From IMG/VR virus record IMGVR_UViG_3300008108_000092, positions 1-56,663 of that record: a stretch of DNA of 56,663 nt. The stretch is one strand, 5' to 3'. Of the stretch, positions 19,809 through 29,725 are shown one piece after another (position 1 is the first letter of the stretch; every line of letters starts with the position of its first letter). Source of the DNA: a virus. Lineage: Duplodnaviria; Caudoviricetes. The notes under the pieces are model-generated. The model saw nothing but the letters and a program-made list of their open reading frames with translations, had not been told where the DNA came from and ran no database searches. The translations under genes were made by a program, and so were the position numbers.

Positions 19809-21611
19809 ATGGCTAATGAAACAGTTAACTTAGGCTCATCTCTATTAGATATTGGCAAGCAAGTAATTGATGGAGTAGTTGGTGGGGTTAAGGGTGGAAT
19901 AAACTCTTTGTTAACAGGCGCTAATAGAGTTAATGGGTTTTCTGCAGGAAAATTTTTTAGTCAAAAATATAACGAGCTTACACACAAGGTCGAGTTTTGG
20001 TTAGATAACAGCGGCGATTTAAAAGATGTTGCTCAAAATGTATTTCCAATAAATCCTGCAGCAATATTACAATTAAATATTAACAATAATTTATTAGATT
20101 GGGTAGTTGATGGAAGCATGATTTTCATGTTTATGCCAGAAGATGCTCCAGATTCGCAGCAAATGAATCTATCTCAAAAGATTAAAACTTTTATTCAAGG
20201 AGCCATGGAAAACGCTGAGACTCTCAAAACCTTTCAATTTAGAGGAGATGGATATGATTTATTAAGGGTTTCTATAGTACCAATTACAAAGGGAGGAGAA
20301 CATCAATCTGGAGATTCGCTTAACATAACAGAAGGAGATCCCAAATGGTGTATTAGTCACTTGTTTTCAATTTATGAAATTGAGGATGTAAATGACGTTC
20401 CAGGAATGAAAGGACCTATGGCTGCCTATATGAAATGCTTGAAAATTTATTTTAGAGATGTTAGGCAGCATATACTTCGTACTACAAATTTAGAATATTC
20501 CACTGCTTATAGTCCCGAAACTGATAATGATACAAAATTAGCAAAAGAAGGTGCTTTATACACAGGCAAAGCAATTGTTGAAGTATGGAATCAATCTGTT
20601 GGAGAACCAGCTGCTGGAGGATTGGAGAGTCTAAAAATTATTCCTAATCCAGAAGATTGGGATGATGGATCTACAAAGATTTTTTATACTTCTCCTGCAG
20701 CAGCCTCTGCTGCTGATGATATTGAATATTTAATGGCTCATCATGCTAGCAAAGAACCTTTAAAAGGAGCTGAGATTGATACTATATTTGATATGTGTTT
20801 GTTAACAACAAAACATCCACAATCTCCAGAACTGTTAGAAGATCTAACTCTAGTTCCTATTACTAAATTATTTAAAAAATCTACAGAAGGAGATCAAGCT
20901 GGAGAACTTCAGCTTGAACATTTTTTCGTAACTGCTCAATCTAAAGAAGGAAAAGGAGTAGATACTAGCTATAAATCTCCATTTAGTGATGCGGATGATC
21001 GAGATCTTAAAACTTTTAAATACGGACAAATAATTTCTTATAGTTTTATTGACATGTGTCCAGATTTTAATAGTAGAGGATTTACATCTGCACCACTTTA
21101 TTCAGTCGATGTTGGTAAAAGAACTTTTAAAGTTCGCTTTGAAAAGAATGATATAGCTACAGTACGCAAACTTATTACAGAAAATTATATAGATCCTTTA
21201 TATAAAGGAGAAGCAACAAACGAGAAGTTATTTATACCAACAATACATCAAACTAAAAAACAATATAATATGTTTCCAAACTTCACTCTTAATGGAGATG
21301 AAGTCAACTGGGGAGATTTGCTTCGACAGAAAAATAGTCTTCACAATTTGTTACATACTGGTATTTTTCAAAACACGTGTATTTGTTTTAAAACGTTTGG
21401 TTTAACATTAAGAAGTCCTGGCAGTTTTATAGCTATTGATAAGACAGCTGGTAGTACTGATAACGATTATAATAATAAATTATACGGACAATGGTTTGTA
21501 GTAAGAGTAGATCACGTGTTTGAGGCTGGATCGCATATGAATGCTATATATGCGATTAAAATTCATAGATTTAAAGCTCCTGAAACGCCATTTAAAGCTA
21601 TTTTAGAATAA
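19809..21611 (+). CDS. Baseplate hub protein (gp27/GpD-like)
   Basis: C-terminal GLTLRSPGSFI...LYGQWFVVRVDHVF. Follows the gp53-like gene. Confidence 0.6.
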   Translation: MANETVNLGSSLLDIGKQVIDGVVGGVKGGINSLLTGANRVNGFSAGKFFSQKYNELTHKVEFWLDNSGDLKDVAQNVFPINPAAILQLNINNNLLDWVVDGSMIFMFMPEDAPDSQQMNLSQKIKTFIQGAMENAETLKTFQFRGDGYDLLRVSIVPITKGGEHQSGDSLNITEGDPKWCISHLFSIYEIEDVNDVPGMKGPMAAYMKCLKIYFRDVRQHILRTTNLEYSTAYSPETDNDTKLAKEGALYTGKAIVEVWNQSVGEPAAGGLESLKIIPNPEDWDDGSTKIFYTSPAAASAADDIEYLMAHHASKEPLKGAEIDTIFDMCLLTTKHPQSPELLEDLTLVPITKLFKKSTEGDQAGELQLEHFFVTAQSKEGKGVDTSYKSPFSDADDRDLKTFKYGQIISYSFIDMCPDFNSRGFTSAPLYSVDVGKRTFKVRFEKNDIATVRKLITENYIDPLYKGEATNEKLFIPTIHQTKKQYNMFPNFTLNGDEVNWGDLLRQKNSLHNLLHTGIFQNTCICFKTFGLTLRSPGSFIAIDKTAGSTDNDYNNKLYGQWFVVRVDHVFEAGSHMNAIYAIKIHRFKAPETPFKAILE

Positions 21612-21631
21612 CTAAAATCTTAAGTAAATAC

Positions 21632-21913
21632 ATGAACAACAAAATTGTTATCGAGCCTTGTGAAGGAGGATTTAAGGGGTTTTTGTATAATGGAGAAACT
21701 TTAGTATATGAAACTCCAATATATAGTGATCCTTCTTTAGCATCTAAGGATTTAATGAGAAATATGCAGGATAACAATCAATCTTCTATTAAAACAGAAA
21801 CACGGTCTCAAATTTCTAGCTCAGTCACTTCAAATGTGATTATTCCGCCTTTAAGAGCTGTAGAAAATGCTCCTCAACCACCCAGACCTAAAAAATGTTG
21901 CGGGAGAAGTTAA
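21632..21913 (+). CDS. Small hypothetical protein with C-terminal KKCCGRS
   Basis: 93-aa ORF preceded by TAAGTAAATA. Confidence 0.65.
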   Translation: MNNKIVIEPCEGGFKGFLYNGETLVYETPIYSDPSLASKDLMRNMQDNNQSSIKTETRSQISSSVTSNVIIPPLRAVENAPQPPRPKKCCGRS

Positions 21914-22854
21914 GAGACTATCAGCTTATATACGTCAAGCAATACAGAAAAACAATTTATTTCTTTGTCTATCACAATACAATCTGACTCTAGTCCCTTT
22001 GCTATACGGGATAAGATTTCAATTTTTAATTGTTGTTCTATTTGTCTGTTAAAGACGCATTCAAACAAGTGCTTTAGCAATAATTTATAATCAGAAAAAA
22101 ATTGCTTTTCGTTTTCGATAACATATTTTCGTATTTCGAATATGTTTTGTTTGTTGAAAATTTTATCTAATAAATGATTTGAAAAAACTTGTGAATCTCC
22201 TTCACCTTTAATGCATAATTTGCCTGAAATTGTAAATTTTTGTATGTCGTTTATAATACGACGTATGTCAGGTAAGTTTTTGCGTATATGCTCTAATAAT
22301 AAGGGTTTTTGATTTTCTTCTAATAGAATATCTTCATTTTGTAAAATTTGCTTGATTCTATAAACTACTCCTTCAATTGGAGGAATTAAATTAAAAATTT
22401 GTGTTCTACTTTGCAATGCTGGTATTATTTTAAATAAATAATTACAAGTAATTATAAAGCGAGTATTTGAAGCGTATTCCTCAATAATATTCCTCAGAGC
22501 TTTTTGTGCATCCAAAGAGATTTGATCGCCTTCATCTAAAAGAACTACTTTTGTTTTTCCATCAACAGATTTTGTTTTTGCAAAACCTGAAATTTTACCT
22601 CGAATAGTATCTATGCCATTCTCATCAGATGCATTCAAATACAAATATTGACAATCTAAAATTTCAGTGACAATAATTTTAGCCAAAGACGTTTTTCCAC
22701 TACCTTGTACTCCCGCAAAGAGTAAATGAGGAATGTCTTGTTTACTTTTTAAAGATTCAAAAAATAAACGATCGTCTTTTGATAGTACTATATCATTTAA
22801 AGTTTTTGGTCTATACTTTTCAACTAATAAGTTAGAAAATGTGCAGTTGCTCAT
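21910..22854 (-). CDS. Clamp loader AAA+ subunit (T4 gp44 / RFC small-subunit-like)
   Basis: VEKYRPKTL, Walker A GVQGSGKTS, LNASDENGID, Walker B LLDEGD, ALQSR, PDIRRIIN. Confidence 0.95.
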   Translation of the reverse strand: MSNCTFSNLLVEKYRPKTLNDIVLSKDDRLFFESLKSKQDIPHLLFAGVQGSGKTSLAKIIVTEILDCQYLYLNASDENGIDTIRGKISGFAKTKSVDGKTKVVLLDEGDQISLDAQKALRNIIEEYASNTRFIITCNYLFKIIPALQSRTQIFNLIPPIEGVVYRIKQILQNEDILLEENQKPLLLEHIRKNLPDIRRIINDIQKFTISGKLCIKGEGDSQVFSNHLLDKIFNKQNIFEIRKYVIENEKQFFSDYKLLLKHLFECVFNRQIEQQLKIEILSRIAKGLESDCIVIDKEINCFSVLLDVYKLIVS

Positions 22855-23375
22855 TATTTGTATTTTTTATCATGTTCTTTATGATTTCCGTATGAACCGT
22901 CATATGGTCGAAGCATTTCCGCATCAAAACTTAAATACTGAGCTACTCTAGTGCCTTTTTTAATACGAGCTGGACCAGTTCCAACATGCATGCATCCAGC
23001 CATTACTCCACCAACCTTTTCGTTTGTTTTAACATTAACGCCGTAAAAGCTGTCGTACAAGCCCGAAGTAATAAAAATGTTTGATCTATTCAAAGTACTC
23101 CTTGTAATAACCCATCCTGCTTCATGGTCACCAACGGAAATAACGTTGGACATAACTACTTCGTAGTCACCAATTTCCAAATTGAAATATCCATCTTGGT
23201 CTGGAATAATTTCCGCAGTTTCTCTTAATTTTTTGTGAGAATCAGAAAGCTCAAAAACTGTTGGGAGAATTTTAAATACTTTTTCTAAACGGAGATCTAC
23301 AGCGTTTGGTTGACTGTCTTCTTTTTGAACATTTGTAAGAGTACTACGAGAATTAGGTCCTAAAATATGTTTCAT
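22854..23375 (-). CDS. Trimeric dCTP deaminase / dUTPase family protein
   Basis: QPNAVDLRL, TRSTLNR, SGLYDS, KGTRVAQ and YDGSYG motifs. Confidence 0.85.
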   Translation of the reverse strand: MKHILGPNSRSTLTNVQKEDSQPNAVDLRLEKVFKILPTVFELSDSHKKLRETAEIIPDQDGYFNLEIGDYEVVMSNVISVGDHEAGWVITRSTLNRSNIFITSGLYDSFYGVNVKTNEKVGGVMAGCMHVGTGPARIKKGTRVAQYLSFDAEMLRPYDGSYGNHKEHDKKYK

Positions 23376-23376
23376 C

Positions 23377-23568
23377 TCAAAACTCCTTTCCTGTATCTTC
23401 TGTAATAAGTTGTCTGCCGATATAGTTATTTTCTCCTTGAGTAAAATGTTCTCTTACTGGAGCTTGATTTGCTTTAATTGCATTACTTTGAAGCCAGCAA
23501 ATCAAATCTGCTTGCTTTTCACTCGGAACTATAAACGTTCCTTGAACTGTATTAATTACGATTGACAT
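23377..23568 (-). CDS. Small hypothetical protein
   Basis: 63-aa ORF tightly packed before the dUTPase-family gene. Confidence 0.65.
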   Translation of the reverse strand: MSIVINTVQGTFIVPSEKQADLICWLQSNAIKANQAPVREHFTQGENNYIGRQLITEDTGKEF

Positions 23569-23601
23569 GTAGATATGTTATGCCATTTGCAAAAATAATC
23601 A

Positions 23602-24108
23602 ATGGACATAATTATAATGGTGGACGATCAAAACATAACCTCTTTGCTTGATGAATTATCTTCATTTGATTTTGCTTCTACAGCAACTCAAATTACAAAA
23701 ACGCAAGCTTCTGATTCTAATATAACAGACGAAACTGCTGGGCAATATTTTTTAGATAAATCAAAAGCCATAATTGACGCAGGAGTTGGAGCAATTCAAA
23801 CAATGACACCTTATGTGGTTCAAGGTCAAGACTCTAGAGAAATTGATGCTCTTTCAAAATTAATGGCTGCAACAGCACAAGCGTTAGATACTTTAAATAA
23901 AGGATCTCTAATTGATAAAAAAGCTAAAAGAGATGAAGAATTAGAACACATTAAATTGCAAGGAAAAAAAGAACTTATGCAGTTAAAACAACAAGAACAA
24001 ACGACAAAAACACAAAATAATTTAAATATAGTAGTGTCTTCTCCTGAAGAAATAATGAAGAAACTTTTCCCCGCTTCAGGCAACATTTTGAATATTGAGA
24101 ATAAATAG
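23602..24108 (+). CDS. Terminase small subunit-like (T4 gp16-like)
   Basis: Helical core (IIDAGVGAI..SREIDALSKLM) and C-terminal NNLNIVVSSPEEIMKKL, resembling the gp16 NNxxFVGSTxELxKxL motif. Start may be 23617. Confidence 0.6.
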   Translation: MDIIIMVDDQNITSLLDELSSFDFASTATQITKTQASDSNITDETAGQYFLDKSKAIIDAGVGAIQTMTPYVVQGQDSREIDALSKLMAATAQALDTLNKGSLIDKKAKRDEELEHIKLQGKKELMQLKQQEQTTKTQNNLNIVVSSPEEIMKKLFPASGNILNIENK

Positions 24109-24113
24109 ATAAC

Positions 24114-26156
24114 ATGCCGGCTTGTCAATATACTATTCTAATTCCAAGCAATCAATGTATTGGAGATTCTTTACGTACAATTAATAACAATTTTACCGTT
24201 CTTAATGACGAATTATGTAAAGTTCCAAAAATTGCTGGCAATGAAAAAAATACATCAATTACACATGAAATGGATTTGCTTGGATGCAATAAAATAATTG
24301 TAGATACAGCTCCAACACAACAGTTTTTTAAAAAGTTTGATTCTATTACTAATAATGTAACTTTAACATCATATACATCAAATGACGGATTCAAAAGCGA
24401 TGTATATAATTTTCCGTATATAAGTAGTTCAAAGGACAGCAAGCCTATAGGAGTATTTGATACAATTACTGAAAATGGTGTTCCTCAGTTAACCTTGTTT
24501 TGGATGTCTTCTGCTAATAATACTGAAACTCTTTTTGCTCTTAACAGTTCAGTATCTTTTATTCAACCAAGTCAAACAACTCCAGATGGACCAGTGCATT
24601 GTTTCTGCGAGTATGACGGAAAATTGCTTATTGGTGGAGCGTTTAATAAAATAGGAACAACAACTCAACAAAAATTGGCAACAATTGATCTCGGAGGAGG
24701 GTTATTAGACAATCAATTAGGACAAACAGGATCTTTAGGAAATCCGTTAATAACAAGTTCTTCTAATAGTTCAACTCTATTTGGAGAAAGTGGATATGTT
24801 AATTTTATAGAAAAAACATCCGTCTTTGTCACTGAAGAAGATCAACGTCGAATGTTTATAATTGGTGGAGATTTTCGTTCTGAAATAGGTGGTGGAAGAT
24901 CTTTGCTCATTTGGGACGATACAGCTAAAATCTTGTATCCATTTTATGTAAATGGAAGAACTTTTAACTGCAGTATTGCGGGAAATGATGTTTATATCGT
25001 TGGGCAATTTGATTTTGCTAATTTTGGATTTGAGCCAGAAAGCATTAAATCAGGTAAACGAAATTATACAAAATCGATTTTAAAAATATCTCTATTAAAT
25101 CTTCTTACAGGACAACAGCATTCAGCAATTAACAAAGAGTTTTGCGAAAATATAAAGAACCAGCTAACTAAAGTATGTGAGATAAATTGTGCCCAAGTAG
25201 TAGATTCACAATTGTTTATAGGCGGAGATTTTTCTGCAGAAATTAGCGGTATACCAATTCAACAAAATTTTCTGGCTCTTACTTCAACTGGCGAAATTGT
25301 AAACTCAGTAAAACTAATTGTAAACAAACCAGTTCGAGCAATGGTTTACGATAAAGATTTAGCTATGTTATATATTGGAGGAGACTTTACAAATATAGTT
25401 CAACATAGTGATTTTTTTGATGAATTAAAACAACCATCGATTAAATCAACAAATGAATATAATAGAGCAGCAGCTTTTGATGTTCAAATTGAACAAGCTC
25501 CTATTTTATTGACTCATTGGCGACCTAATTTTAATGGAACTGTACGCAAGTTCATTATACACAACGAATCCATTAGTAGTAACATTTATGCTATTGGAGA
25601 TTTCACCCAATTAAACTTCAAAAGAGCTTTTCATGCTGCTGCAGTGTTTAAAGCATCCGATCCTTCGGTAGCCAATCGAATTGGTGAAAAAGTAGAATGG
25701 GAAGTCGAAACACCATGTGCTCCAACTAGATATACTAACGGTCTTTTTAAATCTTCTAGAGGAATTTACATTGGAGGTGCATTTACTAAAATTAATGGAA
25801 GCAATAGATTTTATTTTTCAGAAATAACCGGAGTTGGAGAAGGCTCCGGAAAGACATTAGCTGAAGTAGTTTGGGACGCAGGAGGAAAAGTTTTATCAAC
25901 AAATGAATCATTAACCATTTCATCTGCAGATTCATACACAGTAAGAACAAAAACGACTTGCAAAAAATATAATACTGTTAACACTACAGTGTTTCCTCCT
26001 TTAATAGAAACATTTAAAAACCAAAAAGCTGGAAGCTTGTGTCGTTTTTTTATAAGACGTCCGTGTTTTAGTACAAAACTTGGTAATTTAGATATTACAG
26101 ATGATAGCTATACTAAAGACGTGCAAATTATAGGCTGGTCAGTAACATACATTTAA
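24114..26156 (+). CDS. Virion structural protein with GGxF beta-propeller repeats
   Basis: Repeated (L/I)xIGG(A/D)F motifs. N-terminal CIGDSL..INNNF anchor motif. Confidence 0.75.
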   Translation: MPACQYTILIPSNQCIGDSLRTINNNFTVLNDELCKVPKIAGNEKNTSITHEMDLLGCNKIIVDTAPTQQFFKKFDSITNNVTLTSYTSNDGFKSDVYNFPYISSSKDSKPIGVFDTITENGVPQLTLFWMSSANNTETLFALNSSVSFIQPSQTTPDGPVHCFCEYDGKLLIGGAFNKIGTTTQQKLATIDLGGGLLDNQLGQTGSLGNPLITSSSNSSTLFGESGYVNFIEKTSVFVTEEDQRRMFIIGGDFRSEIGGGRSLLIWDDTAKILYPFYVNGRTFNCSIAGNDVYIVGQFDFANFGFEPESIKSGKRNYTKSILKISLLNLLTGQQHSAINKEFCENIKNQLTKVCEINCAQVVDSQLFIGGDFSAEISGIPIQQNFLALTSTGEIVNSVKLIVNKPVRAMVYDKDLAMLYIGGDFTNIVQHSDFFDELKQPSIKSTNEYNRAAAFDVQIEQAPILLTHWRPNFNGTVRKFIIHNESISSNIYAIGDFTQLNFKRAFHAAAVFKASDPSVANRIGEKVEWEVETPCAPTRYTNGLFKSSRGIYIGGAFTKINGSNRFYFSEITGVGEGSGKTLAEVVWDAGGKVLSTNESLTISSADSYTVRTKTTCKKYNTVNTTVFPPLIETFKNQKAGSLCRFFIRRPCFSTKLGNLDITDDSYTKDVQIIGWSVTYI

Positions 26157-26189
26157 AAGATTCAAGCATATTAAATAATAAATAAGATT

Positions 26190-28337
26190 ATGTCTCTACA
26201 ACAAATAGGTATACCGATTTCAGAGGAACAATGCATTGGAGATTCTCTTAGTATTATTAATAATTCTTTTTTGAATTTAGATACAAGATCGACTCAAATC
26301 TCAAACGCAATCGTTTTAAGTGCTGATAAGATTTCTGCAGATATTAATAACTTACAACAAGCTGATAATATTTTAACTACAAATTTAAATCTAACTTCTT
26401 CATTTTTATCTTCAAGTTTATCACTTACGTCATCAAATTTATTATTGTCAGCTTTAAATTTAAAGACTTCCGTAACCGAACTTTCTGGACGTGTTATAAT
26501 AGTTAACCAGCCGTTTTTTGTAGTAGACGAGAGTCACACGAATTCTACTGTAGTTCTTACTGCTGCTACACAGACATCTATAACTGTTAAACCTAATACT
26601 AATTTTACTGCAAATCACAAAACAACAATTCTGCAATTAGGAATCGGACAAGGACAATTTAGTAATGATTTTGTTGTTAACCCTTCTTATCTTTTATATA
26701 CTCTCGAAAAATATACTACTTGCACTCTATATAAACCCAGTTCTCAAACTCCTTGGATTATAACAGGACAATTATCAGCTGCTCCAAAGCCGACTCCAGA
26801 ACCTCCTGAAATTTTTCAATTTTCTTTGCAAGGACCATTAGCTGAAAATTTCGATCAAGCAACGGAAATTACTGGAGTTAATGGTGATGTTTTATATTTT
26901 AATGCCAGACCTCTTGCTGAATCTACAAATGAAACCATGTCCATAAAAGTAAATGGAACAAAACGGATGACTATAGCATTCACCTCTGATAGATTGGGTA
27001 CTCATTTTGGTTATAGAGCAAACGGTTCAAACGTAATAGTCTCTGATTTATTTTCAAAAGGAGAAAAATCATTAGGCATTGCTGATTCTAATATAGTCCT
27101 AATCAATTCTACTGTTGCGGAAACAACAACTCCTCCTATTGGATTTGCATATTCGCTAACTGGAGATCGAGAAGATTCTAGTAATAACGTGGCTCTATTT
27201 ACAGCTGGACAGGCTGATGTTTTATACTACAATAAAGAAACCGTAAATCAAACAAGCAAAAGAAACGTAGTAGTTAATATTTTTGTTAATAATGCTTGGA
27301 GATCTACTGTTGTAGTAAATTCTAATAGAATAGGTACTTCATTTGGCTATAAAATTGCAAGTCAAACTGAAGTGTTGTATGGTACATTTACTATTGATAG
27401 TCCTTATTCCGGATCTTATTCTAAGATTTACTTAACGTTATCTGGCTGGACTCCTCCAACGATTTCTACTATTACAGAATATTCAAATACAATAAAAGGT
27501 CCTCAGACTTATAATAATACAAACGTAATTGCTATTAGTGCTTATGGATTTCCGGACAGCTTATTAGTAGAAAATAGAACAAGCACAACTTCCACAATAT
27601 TATCTACCATGACCGTAAATGTAAATGGAAATGATAGATTGTCGATAGAATTTACAGAAGATCGTAAAGATTTGATATTTCAGTATAAAATGGCTGGATA
27701 TAACGAATTATTAACTGGTAAATTTGCAGCTGGTAAAGTTTATTTGGGCTCGGGATCCTTACCTTTAGTCACAACTTCTTTATATAATCCATATAATAAC
27801 AAACTTTCTCCGGGAAATGATTCGGTAAATCAAATTAATTTTACTTCAAGTGTAGGAAATAGTTTTTGTTTTTATAATAATATTTCTCCAGTTCAAGAAA
27901 CATCCACATCGACTTTATATGCTTCAGGAGACACTGTAAATAATTTAGGAACAATTATGTTTAATAATGGGTTTTTAAATAGCACTTTTGGAATTAGTCT
28001 ATCTACAGACAATATAAAACAACAAGCTCCTTTTGCTTTCGGAACATTTAACGGTGGAAACATTCAACTGGTGTTTATTTTAACAGGTAATCAAACTGAT
28101 CCTTTTAATAAAATCAGCATGTTAAATTATACAAATTCTGCTAAATTATTCTATAAAAAAAGACCTAGCACAAATTCTGTTACAGGAACAACCTCTCACA
28201 TTTACATTAATAATAAATATTTAGCAACTGTAACTTATCTATTAGATTATAATAATGAGACCTTCCAATTCACTCCATATGAAGGAGGCACAATGTATAA
28301 TGGCACTTTTACCACAGGTAAAATATTTCTGACATAA
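26190..28337 (+). CDS. Fibre/baseplate-associated protein with tandem ~100-aa beta repeats
   Basis: N-terminal CIGDSL..INNSF, coiled coil, gp9/10-like domain, then repeats containing DRLGTHFGY and NRIGTSFGY. Confidence 0.75.
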   Translation: MSLQQIGIPISEEQCIGDSLSIINNSFLNLDTRSTQISNAIVLSADKISADINNLQQADNILTTNLNLTSSFLSSSLSLTSSNLLLSALNLKTSVTELSGRVIIVNQPFFVVDESHTNSTVVLTAATQTSITVKPNTNFTANHKTTILQLGIGQGQFSNDFVVNPSYLLYTLEKYTTCTLYKPSSQTPWIITGQLSAAPKPTPEPPEIFQFSLQGPLAENFDQATEITGVNGDVLYFNARPLAESTNETMSIKVNGTKRMTIAFTSDRLGTHFGYRANGSNVIVSDLFSKGEKSLGIADSNIVLINSTVAETTTPPIGFAYSLTGDREDSSNNVALFTAGQADVLYYNKETVNQTSKRNVVVNIFVNNAWRSTVVVNSNRIGTSFGYKIASQTEVLYGTFTIDSPYSGSYSKIYLTLSGWTPPTISTITEYSNTIKGPQTYNNTNVIAISAYGFPDSLLVENRTSTTSTILSTMTVNVNGNDRLSIEFTEDRKDLIFQYKMAGYNELLTGKFAAGKVYLGSGSLPLVTTSLYNPYNNKLSPGNDSVNQINFTSSVGNSFCFYNNISPVQETSTSTLYASGDTVNNLGTIMFNNGFLNSTFGISLSTDNIKQQAPFAFGTFNGGNIQLVFILTGNQTDPFNKISMLNYTNSAKLFYKKRPSTNSVTGTTSHIYINNKYLATVTYLLDYNNETFQFTPYEGGTMYNGTFTTGKIFLT

Positions 28338-28343
28338 TTTAAA

Positions 28344-29168
28344 ATGAGCCAAGAGAGTTCGTCTTCGCTAATTATAGAAGGAAATAACAAAAACCATGTG
28401 CTAACTTGGTATGAAAATTGTTTAGACTGTCCGCTCGATATTACTAAATACAACAAATATATTGCTGAGGTATCTTTCGTTCAAAATTCGGGTCAGCAAT
28501 TGTTTCGTCATAATACTTCGTACCACCAAAGTTTAAAGCAAACAATAATACAAAAAGGAGCTATTTGTTTGTTTCAAGCAAAAAAGCCATTCGCCCTGCC
28601 TAGAGATTTTAACAGCTTATATACGCCAGAAGATATTAAAATACGATGTGAGTCTTCAAGCGGTAAGACTATTATTAAGTATCCTTTTAAAACTTCTACT
28701 CAAATTACTTCTTACGATCAAATTATTAAAGTTGAGCAAATTAATGAAAGCAAACATTGCTTAACTGAAACCTCCATTCTCAGTTTTAATTCTTATTATT
28801 TAGTTACTTTTACAGAAACTTTTGATATTATCAATCCCAAATTTCTTAATGACATAAAATGGCAAAACTCTCAATCAACAAAAAAAGTTAGCCAAAAATA
28901 CGACTATATCAGCAAAGGTCCTAGTACTTTTTCTGATCAAAACATTGGAATTGTTGGGTTTTTAAATGATGAGTTTTCTTTCAATAAGTGTGAAATTAAA
29001 AAAGATTCAACTCCAAAACAAATGAAAATCTATCTAAAAAACCAACTTAGAATGCACATTTCGTTTTATGGTGAGCGTTTGGGAACTAAATTTAGCTATA
29101 CCACACCATTAGCTTTACAAAAAACTTATGAAAACGTATTTGTAGATGGTGATGTTTATTTTGATTAG
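28344..29168 (+). CDS. Hypothetical structural protein with one copy of the shared RLGTxFxY domain
   Basis: C-terminal MKIYLKNQLRMHISFYGERLGTKFSY. Confidence 0.7.
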   Translation: MSQESSSSLIIEGNNKNHVLTWYENCLDCPLDITKYNKYIAEVSFVQNSGQQLFRHNTSYHQSLKQTIIQKGAICLFQAKKPFALPRDFNSLYTPEDIKIRCESSSGKTIIKYPFKTSTQITSYDQIIKVEQINESKHCLTETSILSFNSYYLVTFTETFDIINPKFLNDIKWQNSQSTKKVSQKYDYISKGPSTFSDQNIGIVGFLNDEFSFNKCEIKKDSTPKQMKIYLKNQLRMHISFYGERLGTKFSYTTPLALQKTYENVFVDGDVYFD

Positions 29169-29213
29169 TAGTTTAACTCTTGTAAAATACTAGTGTTTTT
29201 GAAATTGAACGAA

Positions 29214-29219
29214 TAAATA
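29214..29219 (+). promoter_or_regulatory. Late promoter core TAAATA
   Basis: 5 nt before the gp25 GTG. Confidence 0.65.
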
Positions 29220-29224
29220 AAAAC

Positions 29225-29725
29225 GTGGCCTTAAAGATTTCAAATTTAGAGAGAATTGCTGATCAATTTACTAAAAAACAATACGTTTTTAAGGATTTGC
29301 ATTTAGATTTTAGCACAGATTCAGCTTTTAATAAAATTGAACAAAAAAATCTAAAAGGAAATGATGTTGCTGTAGATTATGATCTCTCAGCTATTTACAA
29401 TTCTTTACGTAATATTTTTTATACTAAACCCGGACAAAGATTTCTATTTCCTTTATATGGCTTAGATTTAAACCAGTTTTTATTCGAACCCATTACGCAA
29501 TTAAATGCTATTTCTATAGGTGAGCGTATTGTTAGGGCCATTAGTCAATTTGAAAAGCGTGTAGAGGTATTAGAGTGTAATGTATCTCCCAATGAAGAAG
29601 ATAATACGTATGAAATTACAATACACATAAAAGTTCCAATTTATAATACTACAGCTTCCATACAAGCTTTATTAGACAAAAAAACACAAAGAGTTTTTGC
29701 TCTTGAAACCAGTAGAACAAGATAA
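29225..29725 (+). CDS. Baseplate wedge subunit gp25-like
   Basis: AIYNSLRNIFYTKPGQRFLFPLYGLDLNQFLFEP...FEKRV. Confidence 0.9.
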   Translation: MALKISNLERIADQFTKKQYVFKDLHLDFSTDSAFNKIEQKNLKGNDVAVDYDLSAIYNSLRNIFYTKPGQRFLFPLYGLDLNQFLFEPITQLNAISIGERIVRAISQFEKRVEVLECNVSPNEEDNTYEITIHIKVPIYNTTASIQALLDKKTQRVFALETSRTR

